Shown: positions 1 to 13,300, counted from the stretch's first letter. The stretch is DNA of 64,000 nt from Eukaryota sp. GEM-RC1 (GCA_040285855.1 JAUFOQ010000016.1:1116001-1180000), one strand, 5' to 3'. Notes: generated from the sequence alone by a model not told the origin. Program-made: numbers and translations.

Positions 1-59
1 AACAGATGAGGAAGTTGATACCGTTTGAAAGCCAAAACGTGTATTTGACCTATGTTCGG

Positions 60-469
60 AGTCACCTCAACACGTGTTGAATGGTGTTTTCGAGAAGTTC
101 AACACGTGTTGGATATGTCATTCTTCTGTGTCACTTCAATGAATTTGGGTAAATTTCTACTGTTCTTGATAAAACTATATTGAATAAAGGTAGAAAGTTC
201 AAGTTTACTTCAAAGTTTACTTAAATGTATGGATTATTGATGAGCTCTTCGTGTTATCAGTTCTGGAATCATTGAAAATCAGTTCTAATTTATTAACTTG
301 GTTGGGGTGTAGCATGAGTGAAAAATAGATGTGTTTTTCCATTGGTTGATCTTAAAGTGAGGTATTCTGTTCTTCTGCTCAGAATTGATTCAACACGTGT
401 TGGCGCCAACACGCAACACGTGTTGAATATTTTCCAACACCGTGTTGAACATGGTATTTGACAACCCCT
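60..469. mobile_element. Probable MITE end with repeated palindromic CAACACGTGTTG motifs
   Basis: Several CAACACGTGTTG(A) copies at ~68, ~101, ~391 and ~414, ending in TTTGACAACCCCT. No TSD was resolved. Confidence 0.4.
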
Positions 470-533
470 TTCTTTTACTACACGTTGCTATATTGTACTA
501 CTAGTGCATGTAGACGTTTCTTTTGTATCCTGA

Positions 534-1694
534 ATGTACCGTGCTGCACTCGTTCGTCAACGATATCTTCTTCTTTTGGTTGCATCATTTCTATTTGCAC
601 TTCTGCTGTCAGATTCAGATATCGATGCTATTGACCATAATTTTTCCTCTTCATATGAGGAATCTAACGCTGACTCGTATTCTCTTTACCCATCTCTACC
701 TCCTGGCAAACTTTCCTTCACGAATGGATCAATTGACGCTGTTGTCACATTCGTAAATGGTTCAGACCCTATTTGGTTGAAACAACGTGCAGACACCCTT
801 TCAAGACTAGGTCTCCCTTTGCCAGAGTCCTTCCAGTTCAGATCCAATAATGAACTGGTCTATTGTCTCCGCTCTATCTGGCGTAACGTTCCCCAGCTCC
901 GTCACGTCTTTCTAATCTTGTCAGGACCTTCTCAAGTCCCTTCATGGTTGAATCATTCAAATCCTTATTTAACAATTGTTTATCATCACGAGTTCTTTCC
1001 CCACTTTGCTGTTCTTCCTACTTTCAATAGCTATTCCATTGAGAGCAATCTCTGGCGGATTCCATATCTTTCAAACACATTTATCTATCTCAATGACGAC
1101 TTCTTCATTTCTTCTCCTTTCCCAAATAACTTTATTCGTGATTCTGATGGTTATTTCCAGGTTCATTTGGATACAACAACACTCAATCGTCCAATTAATC
1201 AATACAGACGAGGTCTCTTGAATGGGGGTCGCTTCCTATCAAGACGATTCCCTCTTCCTTTTCGATCTTCCACCTTGACTTGGTATCCACTTTCCCATTC
1301 TGTTTATGCTTGTAACAAAGACATTCTGGAGGAAACTTCTCGAGTGTTCTCCAAGGCTTATAGGATTATTAACCAAAACCCTTTTAGAACTCATAGTGGA
1401 CTCCCCCATTTTCTGTTTTTGGCAGGTCATTATTACGTTCAAAGATCATTGGAAACGTCATCAAGGCAGTATAAGGCTCGGTATCATCAGTGTTCGAGTA
1501 ATGAAGTTGTCTATTGGAATTGGAGCAACTCTGAATTGGAGGTAAATGCCCATTATTTTGATTTAATTAAAACATTCAGACCTCTTTCTTTTTGTATTAA
1601 TGACGATGAGGATGTACGCGATCCTTCAATGCAAAAGTATTTCTTAGAATCGATGGAAGAATTGTTTCCAATTAAATCTGATTGGGAACTGTAG
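534..1694 (+). CDS. Stealth family hexose-1-phosphate transferase (GNPTAB/CpsY-like), type II membrane protein
   Basis: CR1 IDAVVTFVNGSDPIW, CR2 ELVYCLRSI...LPTFNSYSIESNL...FIYLNDDFF, CR4 FCINDD...FP..SDWE, and an N-terminal TM anchor. Confidence 0.9.
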   Translation: MYRAALVRQRYLLLLVASFLFALLLSDSDIDAIDHNFSSSYEESNADSYSLYPSLPPGKLSFTNGSIDAVVTFVNGSDPIWLKQRADTLSRLGLPLPESFQFRSNNELVYCLRSIWRNVPQLRHVFLILSGPSQVPSWLNHSNPYLTIVYHHEFFPHFAVLPTFNSYSIESNLWRIPYLSNTFIYLNDDFFISSPFPNNFIRDSDGYFQVHLDTTTLNRPINQYRRGLLNGGRFLSRRFPLPFRSSTLTWYPLSHSVYACNKDILEETSRVFSKAYRIINQNPFRTHSGLPHFLFLAGHYYVQRSLETSSRQYKARYHQCSSNEVVYWNWSNSELEVNAHYFDLIKTFRPLSFCINDDEDVRDPSMQKYFLESMEELFPIKSDWEL

Positions 1695-2633
1695 TTTGTT
1701 GTGAATGTTGAAATTCAAGAGTTAATCTTTATCTCCAATAATTTAAGTAATTTATTGTTCCGACTTTCTTTATGAATTTATTTGTTCTAGTATATCTGTT
1801 AATGTATTTTCCCGTTTTGATTTTCTAGCACGTTTACTGTTATCATTTTTCATTGTAACTCTTCGAGTTCTTGCTGTGAGTTTTTAGGATTAGATCTAAG
1901 CACAAGCGGAATCTGAAATATACTTCTTTTTGATAACTGTACAAATTGACTAGCATGTACTAATTCACAAAATTTAAGAAGACGAATTCTCTACATCAAC
2001 TCAGTAGTCCTTATACAACTTGAACTTACGGATTTAGGTGTGCCGTAAAGCACATACATAATACTACACTGTACATGTACATATTTTGATAACACATTTC
2101 TGAAAATTGATGACTTAAACGAGAACCACTTTCTTTGTAACAACTCTCTTAAATTCACTCTTTGGGACTCAAAACATTCTACAATGTTACCAGATGACTT
2201 CTTTGAGAACGAAACTATTGAGGATGTTATAGAACCCAGTTCGAATGCTTCTGTGTTGAGTGCGGTTCTGAAATCTGCTGCTGAACGGCGGAAACTTTTC
2301 AAACGCACTAAGGAGAAGCCTTCAGATAGTGATGATCTTTCTGTTGAGAAAGAACAACATAAACCACCGGAGTCAAAGTCTCTCGAAAAGAGGTGATACA
2401 TGAAGCAACTATAGATGATATTATCAGTTTTTATGATTCGTGCAAAAGCAGCACTGATGACATTGAACGAGCACATCGGTTGACTGATCAGACTTTCCAA
2501 TGACTAGGATGATTTCCCATTGTTGTCTTCTAGTTAGGCTTTTGTGGGATTTCAAAACCAAGACTTTTTGAGCCAAACAATAGAGATCTGATCGACATTA
2601 TGAACCTAAAGCAATCGAATAAATTTCTGTCCC

Positions 2634-3278
2634 ATGATTCAGTCTTTCTCTGTTCCTCCTCTTCAAGCTAATTGTGCTATTATAACAAGCGGATCTGATG
2701 CTGCTGTTTCAGATCCTGGTTTTGGCTCGAAACAAATAATCACTCGTCTTGAGAAAGACTCGCTCGATCTCAAGTACATATTCTGCACTCACGCTCATTT
2801 CGATCATTGTGGAGATGTACTTACTCTCAAGCAACGATATCCTGAGGCCAAAGTAGTCCTGGGCAAGGAAGACCTTGAACTTTACAATAAGATTCATCAA
2901 CAACCAAGTGAGTTTGGTGTTCCACTTCCTGCGAGTCCTCAGCCGGAACCCGATCTTTTGGTTTCCGATGGTGATGTTGTATCTATGGGTGAACTCGAGA
3001 AACTTGAGTTCAAGATTTTCACAAGTCCTGGTCATTCGCCAGGAAGTATATGTTTGTACATTGAGAAGGAAAACACTCTCATTGCGGGTGATGTTCTGTT
3101 CCAAGGAAGTTGTGGACGATCAGATCTTTGGCAAGGCAATGGCAACGATCTCAAAAATTCTATTCGTCGGCTGTTGAGAGATTTGCCTGGGAAAACTAAA
3201 GTTATTGCTGGTCATGGACCCTCTACTACTCTAGATCAGGAGAAGCGATCTTTTGCTGGTTATGGATCTTTCCTTTAG
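2634..3278 (+). CDS. Metallo-beta-lactamase-fold hydrolase (glyoxalase II/YcbL-like)
   Basis: THAHFDH metal motif, SPGHSPG, GDVLF..SCGRSD, GHG..TT. Confidence 0.92.
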   Translation: MIQSFSVPPLQANCAIITSGSDAAVSDPGFGSKQIITRLEKDSLDLKYIFCTHAHFDHCGDVLTLKQRYPEAKVVLGKEDLELYNKIHQQPSEFGVPLPASPQPEPDLLVSDGDVVSMGELEKLEFKIFTSPGHSPGSICLYIEKENTLIAGDVLFQGSCGRSDLWQGNGNDLKNSIRRLLRDLPGKTKVIAGHGPSTTLDQEKRSFAGYGSFL

Positions 3279-3646
3279 CTGTTGAACACAGTTCGTGTGC
3301 ATCAATGAGTATAAAATCCAAGTCATTTTTTTCGATTTTACTTTTAATTGCTTGTGTTGCCAATGGAATTCGTCTGCTTGTGCTTTCCAGAATGATAGTA
3401 GGTACCTTTTTGTATGATGCTAGTAAAGTAGCATTGAAAGATCGCTTTAGGTAGTACCCTTCATAACGTAGCTAAACAACAACAATTTGATGCGAAAAAT
3501 TGGACAACTTAGTAAACAACAATCGATCAATTGTTGGTAATTGCATCCCTTTCAGAAGATAACGGAGTATTGCAGTTTCGAGATCGAAATTTGGGAACGA
3601 CCTGCAAGAGTTCTCGAATTTGAACTCTTCTACTAACGTTAGTCCA

Positions 3647-5386
3647 ATGTTTGTTAGACTGCTTCATCTGTTTCAGACCAACTTCTATGTGTCATTTCTT
3701 CTTAGTTTTCTTCTTTTGGGTACTGTTGGCGGTCTGCTCTTATATCCTTCTTCAGATGTCACGATTGTTCAGTCCTTGTTCACAGCCTTCAGTGCTATTA
3801 CTAGTACTGGTTTGAGTCCTTTTAATTTCCAACAATCCTCTTTTCTCTTCAAGATTATTGTTTTGATACTCATTCAGCTGGGATCTATGCCTCTCTGGTC
3901 TTTAGTTCCACTGATAGTCCGTCGTCGCTTCCTTACACACAATTTCTCTGAACCTGTGTTCCCCCAGGGAGTCGTTCAACAAGTTTATCGACGGAATTCC
4001 AGCCTCTCTGACCTACAAAGTCTTGATAAAGACGTTTCTCTTGACATGTCTGAACAAGAAGCTCAACTTAAAGCTTCTATTCCCCTCTACCAGTATTCTA
4101 CTGAGTATTGGGCCACTACTAAGCTTTGTAAAGTCATTATCATCTACATTGCCTCATGCTATCTCATTTGTATGTCTCTTCTTTCTTTACGTTTCCTTTT
4201 CTCTCCCTCTGCTCGTTCAATTGCTTCTGAAGTTGGTGGGTGGGCGTGGTTTTCGTTTTTCCACACCATTAGCGGTTTCAACAGCGCTGGATATGCTCTT
4301 TTCAATTCCAGTCTAGAGCCTTTCAATGACGATCCCTTTATTCTTTTCCCTCTTACTTTTGTTATGTTTGCAGGCATGGCTGGTTATCCTATCTTTCTCC
4401 GTAGCATTGTCAGAATCCTTGCTGTTAGAACAAGATTCTCTCCTGTTTACAAGTTTCTATTATCCCATGGGCGTGAAGTACACACTCATCTTTTTTCCCA
4501 AGTTGAAACCAATTGGTTATCTTTTTGGGCGTTTGCTCTCTATTTTACAAAGTTTGTTTCTCTTTTGTTCGACTTCAAAGTTCTTCCGTATTCAGGACTT
4601 TCAACTTTATTAAATGTCTATTTTGGAAGTATTGCCATCAAAAGCACTGGTTTCAGTTCATTTGATCTCAATCTTCTATCACCATCGTCACTTCTAATCA
4701 CTTTGTTACTCATGATTGTTGGTCAGATCCCTTTTATTGCAACACTACGAGGTTCTGCAAGAGAGTTTCAAAAGAAGAAGAAGAAGTTGAAAGATCCAAA
4801 GAGTTTAACTGCTGCTTTTTTACGTATTCTTAAAAGTCAACAAGATACTGCTTGGTTGAGAGATTGCTTTTGGATTTATATTTCAAGTTTTTTAGTATTA
4901 GTATCATTTGGTAATTTCAAAGACAATCGTTTCTTTTACACTTTCTTTGAAGTTATGGCGGTGTATAGTAATGTTGGTCTTTCCTTAGGTTGGAAAGGGG
5001 TAGAAGGGTCTTTTGTGGCTTTTATTCCGCCTTTTGGACAGATAGTACTTTGTTTGACTTGCGTTGCTGGCAGATTGCGTGGTCTTCCGACTTCCTATGA
5101 CCGTTCAATCACGACAAGAACTTTCGAAGGAGTTGCTGATGACGTGTTACGATTACTGCCGGGGGAAACCCTAGCCAAAATGGGAGTCAATAATATTCAA
5201 TCGCCATTGAAAGATTTCAAAATTGATCCAAAAATTGAAATGTTGTTGACACGTGGCTGTTTACCTGAAGATTCTATTACTTTTGTAGCAACTCACCACA
5301 CTTACCCTCCTAGAAGAATCATGAACATGAGAGAATTGATGGATTTACAAAGAGCTCAAGAGCCAGTCAGTGATGACGATACATGA
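3647..5386 (+). CDS. Trk/HKT-family K+ transporter
   Basis: Four MPM pore-loop repeats (SAITSTGL, SGFNSAGY, KSTGF, YSNVGLSLG) and GRLRGLP. The first ATG is at 3647; the ORF track starts at TTG 3620. Confidence 0.9.
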   Translation: MFVRLLHLFQTNFYVSFLLSFLLLGTVGGLLLYPSSDVTIVQSLFTAFSAITSTGLSPFNFQQSSFLFKIIVLILIQLGSMPLWSLVPLIVRRRFLTHNFSEPVFPQGVVQQVYRRNSSLSDLQSLDKDVSLDMSEQEAQLKASIPLYQYSTEYWATTKLCKVIIIYIASCYLICMSLLSLRFLFSPSARSIASEVGGWAWFSFFHTISGFNSAGYALFNSSLEPFNDDPFILFPLTFVMFAGMAGYPIFLRSIVRILAVRTRFSPVYKFLLSHGREVHTHLFSQVETNWLSFWAFALYFTKFVSLLFDFKVLPYSGLSTLLNVYFGSIAIKSTGFSSFDLNLLSPSSLLITLLLMIVGQIPFIATLRGSAREFQKKKKKLKDPKSLTAAFLRILKSQQDTAWLRDCFWIYISSFLVLVSFGNFKDNRFFYTFFEVMAVYSNVGLSLGWKGVEGSFVAFIPPFGQIVLCLTCVAGRLRGLPTSYDRSITTRTFEGVADDVLRLLPGETLAKMGVNNIQSPLKDFKIDPKIEMLLTRGCLPEDSITFVATHHTYPPRRIMNMRELMDLQRAQEPVSDDDT

Positions 5387-6373
5387 CATACTACTTCTTA
5401 AAGTAGTAAATGAATGCTGGCTTTATTTTTTTCTTGTTTGCACATCTTGTTTGTCTACCAATTTCAAGACTTAGTCATGATGACGTGGTATCTTAGAAGC
5501 TGATTCTTTGATACTTCCCAGTGACCTCTGTTTGTTTTGATTGGGATGTGTTGAATTAATTAGATTTCTAAGTGGTTTCTTATGGCCTATTTTCTCGTTC
5601 TCCATACTTTGTACGTTGATGTTGTTAAATTTTTCATTAAAGAATACAAGCTCTTTGCCTTTATCTTACTTCTAGCGAATATGATTTCAATTTTGGCAAG
5701 TCATGCAAAAAAGGAACTACCGCCTGCAAAATCATACTACAAATATAGAAGCTGTGGCTGGTTCATCTGCTTATAAGATATAGATGTAGGTAAACAGGCT
5801 CATATTAGGATATCTAGCAAAGATATCTGCGACCTCTACTTAAAAGTTAGGTTCAGCTTGTTTCCATCAGTTGTCTCCCCTTCATCCGTCGCTCGAAGCT
5901 GCCAGCGGGCTTAAACCAGTACTGTTGATGGCTTCAGTGCCCAAGAACATATGTCGATTGAGAGCTCGTATTATTCCCTCATGGTTTTTTTGAGACAACT
6001 CGGAGCTATTCGGTCAGAATGACATTCTTGGTCACTTCAATGTAGAGCTTGTACACTCGTTTGAGTGGGTATGGCTGTGTCGTACCCTATACTCGTAGAC
6101 TACTAGTAGACTTATAGTTTATTTTCGTAGTTTAATATAGAATCAGATCAGTTGTTATTTTTTTTGGCTATGATCATCTTTCCACTGTTTAAGATAGTGT
6201 TAAATTTGCACACGTAACTAGTACAATCTAAATTGTATCTTCAAATCCACAATTTTCAAGAATATTAATCATGTTTCTACGTTAATTCCATTAGAATCAC
6301 TTATCTTGAAACCTTTACGGGAACTATACCAGCCACTCGTTAGGGTCTAAGTTTGTGGTTTACTGCTACATGT

Positions 6374-6538
6374 ACTCTAATTTACCTAATACTAGCCTGC
6401 GCAAAACCGTTACTAGCCTACCTTGTCTTGGCTTGTATTAGGGAAATGCTAGTAATAGGGCAGGGCTAGTAACGGGGAGGCTAGTATTAGGGAAGGGCTA
6501 TGTATACAGCCCAGGGCCAGTATTTGGTTAATTAGAGT
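6374..6538. mobile_element. Small MITE with ~24-bp imperfect TIRs
   Basis: ACTCTAATTTACCTAATACTAGCC versus GGCCAGTATTTGGTTAATTAGAGT, with internal TACTAGCC/GGCTAGTA repeats. Confidence 0.55.
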
Positions 6539-6605
6539 TGTAGTACATGTATTTGCGATTCAAAATTTAGTCTCATCACAACACCTCCTACTAGTAGTTT
6601 GTGTC

Positions 6606-7978
6606 ATGACGTCTCCCTCAGTCATTGACTTAGAACAGTGTTCTTCTCAACCATATTCTCAGGCTGAATCTAGACTCATTGACACTGCAGCCATGGGCTA
6701 TACAGGTAATCTTTGCCCTGTCAATCTCTCCTTCTTTGGTGATGGCTTTACCTTCTGTAGCAAAAAGTGATCCCTTCTGAGGCTTGTTCTATTCTTATAA
6801 GCGGTTCTTCAATCCAATCCTGGGACCATCAGCTCTACGATGGTCATTACTTCATCAAAGTCAGACTAAAATATACGCTAAGCATTGACGGTGTTGACGT
6901 TACAGACATGTTCTTTGTCACCCACGACCACCACATTCTCGACTACCTCACCTCCTTCTCAAGTAACGACAAGTCCAGGAAGAGAGACATGTCTGTTAAA
7001 AGGGTTAACATATCTAATACCGACAAGAAGACCTTTTGTGTTGGCTTAATCAATCTTTGCAAGGAAACACGACTTCTTGAGGAGTTGGGCAGTCTAACGC
7101 TGGTTAAGCAGTTAGTTCCTTTAGATGGTAATGATATTGTCCAGTTAAAGCCTTTTTACTTTCTGAATGACAATCTAATTGATCATTGTCTTGCTGACGT
7201 CATATCACGTGTTTCTGTGGGGGAACAACAGTTAATCTATGCTTATAATTGCTTCTTTTACACTCAGTTACGAGAACTGGAAAATATGAGTGAACCTGGT
7301 CGCTTAGCCAACTGGCATAAAAAAGGTACTATATTTGAAAAACAAATGGTTTTCATTCCCATTCATGATTGCAATCATTGGATGTTGGTGGCAATCATTA
7401 ATCCAGATACTCTTCATCCTGATTACACACCAGAAACTCATCAACCAGTGCTGAAGGTGAGTCGAACGTATAGGAAATTCAAAGTTATTCTATTTAATTC
7501 ACTGAATTTTAATATTCATCAATGCTTGCAACGTGTTTGTAAGTTTCTTGAAGCGGAATACAAGAGATTGTTTGACAACAAGCTAGTCCTCGCATCTGCT
7601 CAAGATCGATTAGTCCCCAATGTCCCCTGCCAATTCAATGACTATGATTGCGGACTCTTTGTTTTAACTTATGCCCAACAACTCCTGGTCGACCCTCCTT
7701 CTACTCCAAAGAACTACTCCAGAAAAGATTGGACGGAGTGGTTTGATCCAGGGATAGTGTCTACGAAGAGAAGAGAGTTTACTGATCGAATTCTTACTAA
7801 AATTGAGAATAGTGAACATCGAAAGGTAATGGAGAAGGAAATGCAAAGTTTGTTTGTTGAAGAACCAGTCGATGATGACGTTGATGCTGATTTTATTGTT
7901 GATCAATGTTCAGATACAGAAGATGTATTCGAATACAGACCTCCGCCAATGAAAACTAGGAGGAGCAAACGGCGTTGA
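6606..7978 (+). CDS. Host Ulp1/C48 SUMO protease (SENP6/7-Ulp2-like); one probable homopolymer frameshift near 6765
   Basis: FLNDNLID, FIPIH..NHWML, QFNDYDCGLFV. An upstream ATG at 6606 stays open to the A-run at 6761-6766. Confidence 0.88.
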
Positions 7979-8170
7979 ATTATTTAAAATATTTGTTCAG
8001 AATTAAGACATTTTTTGCAGTTAATACGACAGTATTTCGCATGTTCTTTGAAACTGGACTCTGATTAAATTATTAATTATGCACATGTCAAGACAACTTA
8101 ATCATTCATAAAGCAGAGTTGAATGGCTTTCAGGACTAAGCCTTTTGAGTTAGTTATCTATCTGAAGATA

Positions 8171-8695
8171 TTAAGCTTCAATCAGAACCCGCTTCCTTTT
8201 GTCTTCAGGACAATTTCTATTTCCCTTGACATAAAAATCTTGCAACATTTTAATTACTTCATCCTTAAAAACACCACCAACAAAAGTTGTTTCAGAATCC
8301 GTTAACAGATTCAGAACAGATCCTACTCCACCAAATTTATCATTCCAAGCTCCAAATGTAACTGATCTGAAACCTAAACGTCGTATAGCATCCGAACACA
8401 TTATACATGGTTCAAGAGTAACATAAAGGTCACACTCATGGAACACAGAGACTGAGTGAAGAAGTGGCGGAACAAAGTCTGTATTGATATTAGTATCCCC
8501 AAACAAGACGTTATCAATAGCATCTAATTCAGCATGACGGGTTGCGTTTTTGGAGGCATTAGTTTTATTCCACCCTGATGCCACAACAGTGGAATCCCGC
8601 ACAATAACACATCCAACAGGTACTTCCCCTTCTTCAAGTGCTTTATATGCTGCTTCTATAGCATGGCGCATGAAGCCCTTGTCATTGAAGTTCAT
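8171..8695 (-). CDS. TAD2: tRNA adenosine-34 deaminase catalytic subunit
   Basis: GEVPVGCV, NATRHAE, TLEPCIMC, NDKFGG motifs. Confidence 0.88.
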   Translation of the reverse strand: MNFNDKGFMRHAIEAAYKALEEGEVPVGCVIVRDSTVVASGWNKTNASKNATRHAELDAIDNVLFGDTNINTDFVPPLLHSVSVFHECDLYVTLEPCIMCSDAIRRLGFRSVTFGAWNDKFGGVGSVLNLLTDSETTFVGGVFKDEVIKMLQDFYVKGNRNCPEDKRKRVLIEA

Positions 8696-8715
8696 TTTTG
8701 TCAAATCGATTTTTG

Positions 8716-9259
8716 ATGGAAGCACTTCCCCAGTTTCTGGAATGTGCCATCAACCAAATACTCTATGCACGAGGAGTTTATCCTCAAGACACCTTTCAAT
8801 CTGTCAACTTCAATGGTGTCGCTCTTCATATAACTATGAGTGAGGAACTTGGTCAATACATACGTGATGCCATTAATTCTTTGTCAGAGTTTCCCTCTGA
8901 ACCCCATCATCTAGTTCTTTCGCTCCTTGATGCCAACAATCAACATCTTGATGCCTACTGTTTCTCCTTCCATCCTAACAGCCACACGTATCTGTTTGAT
9001 GATAAGAATAGTTCTTTGAAGTCTTGTTTTGCCCAACTTGGTCTCCTTGGTCTTTTTGATGCTTTTTGTTCCAGAGGGAAGTTCTTTCAGACTTCATGTT
9101 GTTGGTAACTTCGAGTCTTCTGTCAAAGATTGGGTCTCATTCTGTCCTAATCGAAGTCAACAGGCTAATGCACCTCTTCAAACAATAGAAACTGTTCATT
9201 TGAGTGGGATCTCCTGTTCAGTTAGCCGTAACTTTTCTTTTGATTTGATGTTGCGTTGA
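8716..9259 (+). CDS. HORMA-domain protein, Rev7/MAD2L2-like (frameshift near 9065)
   Basis: FLECAINQILYARGVYPQDTF is the HORMA N-terminal signature. It continues in the 9029-9259 ORF (VPEGSSFRLHV). Confidence 0.75.
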
Positions 9260-10301
9260 TTTTTTGGACTTTTTTACAATGACCTTCCTAATTTCTTAAA
9301 TCGCCTTTGTCAGTCTGACTTTATGTAGAAAAACAGTACCGAAAAACTATTAGTTCTCTTTCCTTTTTCTTTTTGGAACAATCTTGTTATTAATTTATTC
9401 ACAGGATTGTTAGAAGTTTTCGATGATGTTAAGAATTGTGAGATCTTCTTATCACTTTGCTTTTTAAGTATTTTGCATTCGTAACTTGTCATCTGCAGTT
9501 CTTCCAATTACTAGTAAGTGACTGTTCTTATTAGCTTTTCCCATAAAATGTTTTTCCGTATCCCTTTCTTCCAAATAATTGATTGTAACCAAAGATTATA
9601 CTTTGATGATTTCATATTCACTGTGTAATAAATAATGGAATTGATACTGCATTGTTCTTCTTCATTCTAGATTTAGTACTAAACAACTTTATTCGGCACC
9701 CAATAAGGTAACCTTCCTACAAAACTATGAAATTGGAAAAACAAACAAATAATACTAAGATTAAATCCAAACGACTTCATCACCACCCGGTAAAAGATTA
9801 TGCTTATCAACATTATCCTTCACACCAAACTTGTACAATTTCTCAATTAATCTAGAGAAATAGAAAGGCATATTCCGATATATGGAAAACACTATACCGT
9901 TTTTCCATTCAGCCATTCTAAACTAACGCAAAAAATCTGTAATCTAGAATCAACAAGTTCATTAGAACTCCATTCAACTTTGTGGTCAAAAATTGAACTT
10001 GGTTGGTTGATAAAACTAAATGTACAAAGTATGAAAGAAATACAATTTTGAACGAAACTCATGACCACTTTGTTACTGTTATCTTAGATTAATAGAATTT
10101 TCCATTATATCTTTCTGGATTGGAACATTGCTTGTACAATGTACAGTACATCTCTCTAATACCAATTTTTTAAGGACTACACATTTACCACTAATGGACA
10201 AGGCAGAAGTACAATCCCGAAAATTGCATCTGATGTGGTTTTACACAAAGATCTCACTTCACTAAACTCGACTTCTACTTTTTGATAAACACCCCTCTTC
10301 T

Positions 10302-13300
10302 ATGGGTTTGGAAATTGTCCTTTCTGATGCTATTCCTAAGCAGATGTGTGTTCTTTCAACCATTCATCTCTCATCTCAGTACTCAACTCCAGTTTGGACT
10401 TCTTTCTCCTGATGAAATTCAACAAATGGCTGAATTCGAAGTAGTAAATAAAGAATTGTACCAGCAGGGTACTCGTAATCCTGTCTCTTTCGGAATGCTC
10501 GACAGACGTCTAGGTATAGCAGACAAAGTCTCTACATGTAAAACATGTGGTCTTGCTCTAGCTGATTGTGTTGGTCATTACGGCTACATAGATCTTCCAG
10601 TCCCTGTCTATCACATTGGACATCTTCGTTCCATTCAAAACATCCTTCAATCCATTTGCAAGTTTTGCTCTGGGTTTCTACTTCCTCTTTCAACAGCTTC
10701 ATACTATCGTAAAATCTTATCCAATCCTTCAATAGAACCTGACAAAAAGAAAGCAGTTGTTAAACACGTCCTTTCCATCTGCAAGAAGACTTTCCAATGT
10801 CCTCACTCCAATTGCGAAATGACTAACGGAAGTATTAAGAAGGTGGGTCCATTAGCTTTAGTCCACATGATTGGTAAACAAGTAACTGACCTCAACCCTC
10901 TACTTGTCCACCAGCTCTTCTCTAACATAGCTGAGGAGGACTTTCCACTTCTAGGCATGTCCGCCATCAACTCTCAACCTCAACATCTTCTACTCACTCG
11001 AATGCTAGTCCCTCCTGTGTGTATCAGGCCTTCTGTTACTACTGATCTTTCTGGAACTTCTAACGAGGATGATTTGACTGTGAAACTAGCCGAGATTCTA
11101 CATTGTAGTAATTTAATTCGAGATAATATAGCTAAAGGAGGTACTTCAAGTCAGCTTTATGAACTTTGGAACTTTCTTGGACAGCAGGTTGGTCTTTATA
11201 TCAATTCTGAGTCCCCTGGATTGGCCCCTCAAGGATTTGGAAAGTCTAAGCCAATCAGAGCTCTTTGTCAACGTCTCAAAGGTAAACACGGTCGTTTTAG
11301 AGGCAATCTGTCTGGTAAACGTGTTGATTTCAGTGGCAGAACTGTTATTTCTCCTGATCCCAACCTCGCAATCTCTCAGGTCGGAGTTCCCATTCTAGTA
11401 GCTAAAGTTCTCACCTTTCCAGAGCCTGTTAATAGGCATAACCTAGAGAAACTACAAAGAATGGTCAGAAACGGAGCTAACACTTACCCAGGAGCTAACT
11501 TTATTGTTCACAAAACAGGTATTCGGAAGTGGTTGGCTTTTGGAGATTTAGATAAGGCCGCTGATCAACTACGTTTTGGAGACGTGGTTGAACGTCATTT
11601 GATTGACGATGATGTTGTTCTCTTCAATCGACAGCCTTCCCTTCATACTCTTTCCATTATGGCTCATCGAGTTAGAGTTCATCCCCATCGAACCTTTAGG
11701 TTTAATGAATGTGTTTGCACTCCTTATAACGCTGATTTTGATGGTGATGAGATGAATCTCCACGTTCCTCAGACCTTAGAAGCCAGAGCTGAAGCTATTG
11801 AATTGATGGGTGTTTGTCATAATCTTGTTACTCCAAAGAATGGTCAACCTCTAGTAGCCGCCACTCAAGATTTCATTACTGCAGCATATCTAATTACTCA
11901 AAAGATGTATTCATTGATCGTTCCACTCTCGCTATGTTTGCTTCCATGGCTTTCGACGCTGATGCTAAGCTTGAACTTCCTCCCCCAGCCATCCTCAAAC
12001 CAATCCCCCCTATGGACAGGGAAACAGGCCTTCTCCCTGCTACTCCGACCTAATCCTAGTATCCCAACTAGATTTCACTTGGAAGTTGAGAGTAAAAGCT
12101 ATGTAAAGGGAACTTTTATTGATTGTCCTGCTGATGGGTATGTCGTGATTAGAAATGGAGAGCTGTTACTTGGTAATCTTGACAAAACTCTAACAGGAGG
12201 TTCAAAACAGTCGCTTTTCTACTCTCTCAACATTAGAAACTCTTCAAAAACAGCTGCAGACGCCATGCTTCGTTTATCCAAGCTCTCTGGTCGTTATCTT
12301 GCTTCCAGAGGTTTCTCTATTGGTATTGGTGACGTCACACCTTCAGATCGACTCAACCAACTCAAAGAACAACTTCTTGACGAAGGGTACTCCCAATGTG
12401 ATCAACTCATTGCTCAATGTCAAGCTGGAGAACTGATACCCCAGCCAGGTTGTAACGCCGAGCAAACCCTTGAAGCCAAGATCAATGGAGTTTTGTCTCA
12501 AATTCGAGAAGACTGTGGTAAAGTCTGTCTCCGTGAGCTTCATCACACCAACGCTCCTCTAATTATGGCTGTATGTGGGTCCAAGGGTTCTACCATCAAT
12601 ATCTCTCAAATGGTTGCTTGTGTTGGTCAGCAGACTGTTTCAGGAAGTCGGGCTCCCAATGGATTCCAAGACAGATCTCTCCCTCACTTTGGATTGTTTG
12701 ACAAGAGTCCCGCAGCCAAGGGTTTTGTAGCTAACTCTTTCTTCTCAGGTCTTACTGCTCCTGAGTTCTTCTTCCATACCATGGCTGGTCGTGAAGGACT
12801 AGTGGATACTGCTGTTAAGACTGCTGAGACTGGGTATATGCAACGACGTTTAATGAAGGCTTTTGAGGATCTTTCTGTTTGTTATGATGGAACTGTTAGG
12901 AATTCTGAAAGTGGAGTTGTTCAGTTTGTGTATGGTGGTGACGAGTTGGATCCTGCGTTAATGGAAAGTGATTCAAAGTTGATTAATTTCAGGAAAAGTC
13001 TTGATTGTGTTCGATTGGAGTTTCCTGTTTTGGGAGACAATCAAGATGATTACTTAATGCATCATTCTGAGTTTTTGACCTTTTGTCGATTGATTTTGCC
13101 TACTGACGAGTTGATGTATGATGAAGAGCTAGCTCAAAAATGGTTGACTTCTAACGACTTCAAGGAGGCTGAACGTTGGAATACTCTGAGAACTTCTGTC
13201 TTTGTTACCCAGATCTGGGATTTTTTAAAGTCTATCCAACGTAAAATTGAATCTGCACCTAAAATGAATGCTCTTTCATGGCTACAACTACGTCAATTCC

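Larger units (their letters stand above)
360..6533 (+). repeat. Left arm of large inverted segmental duplication (partner 58351-64000; may extend beyond the window)
   Basis: Position 360 onward is the reverse complement of 64000 backward. The same Stealth, MBL and Trk genes appear in mirrored order, and similarity ends near 6533/58351. Confidence 0.95.
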
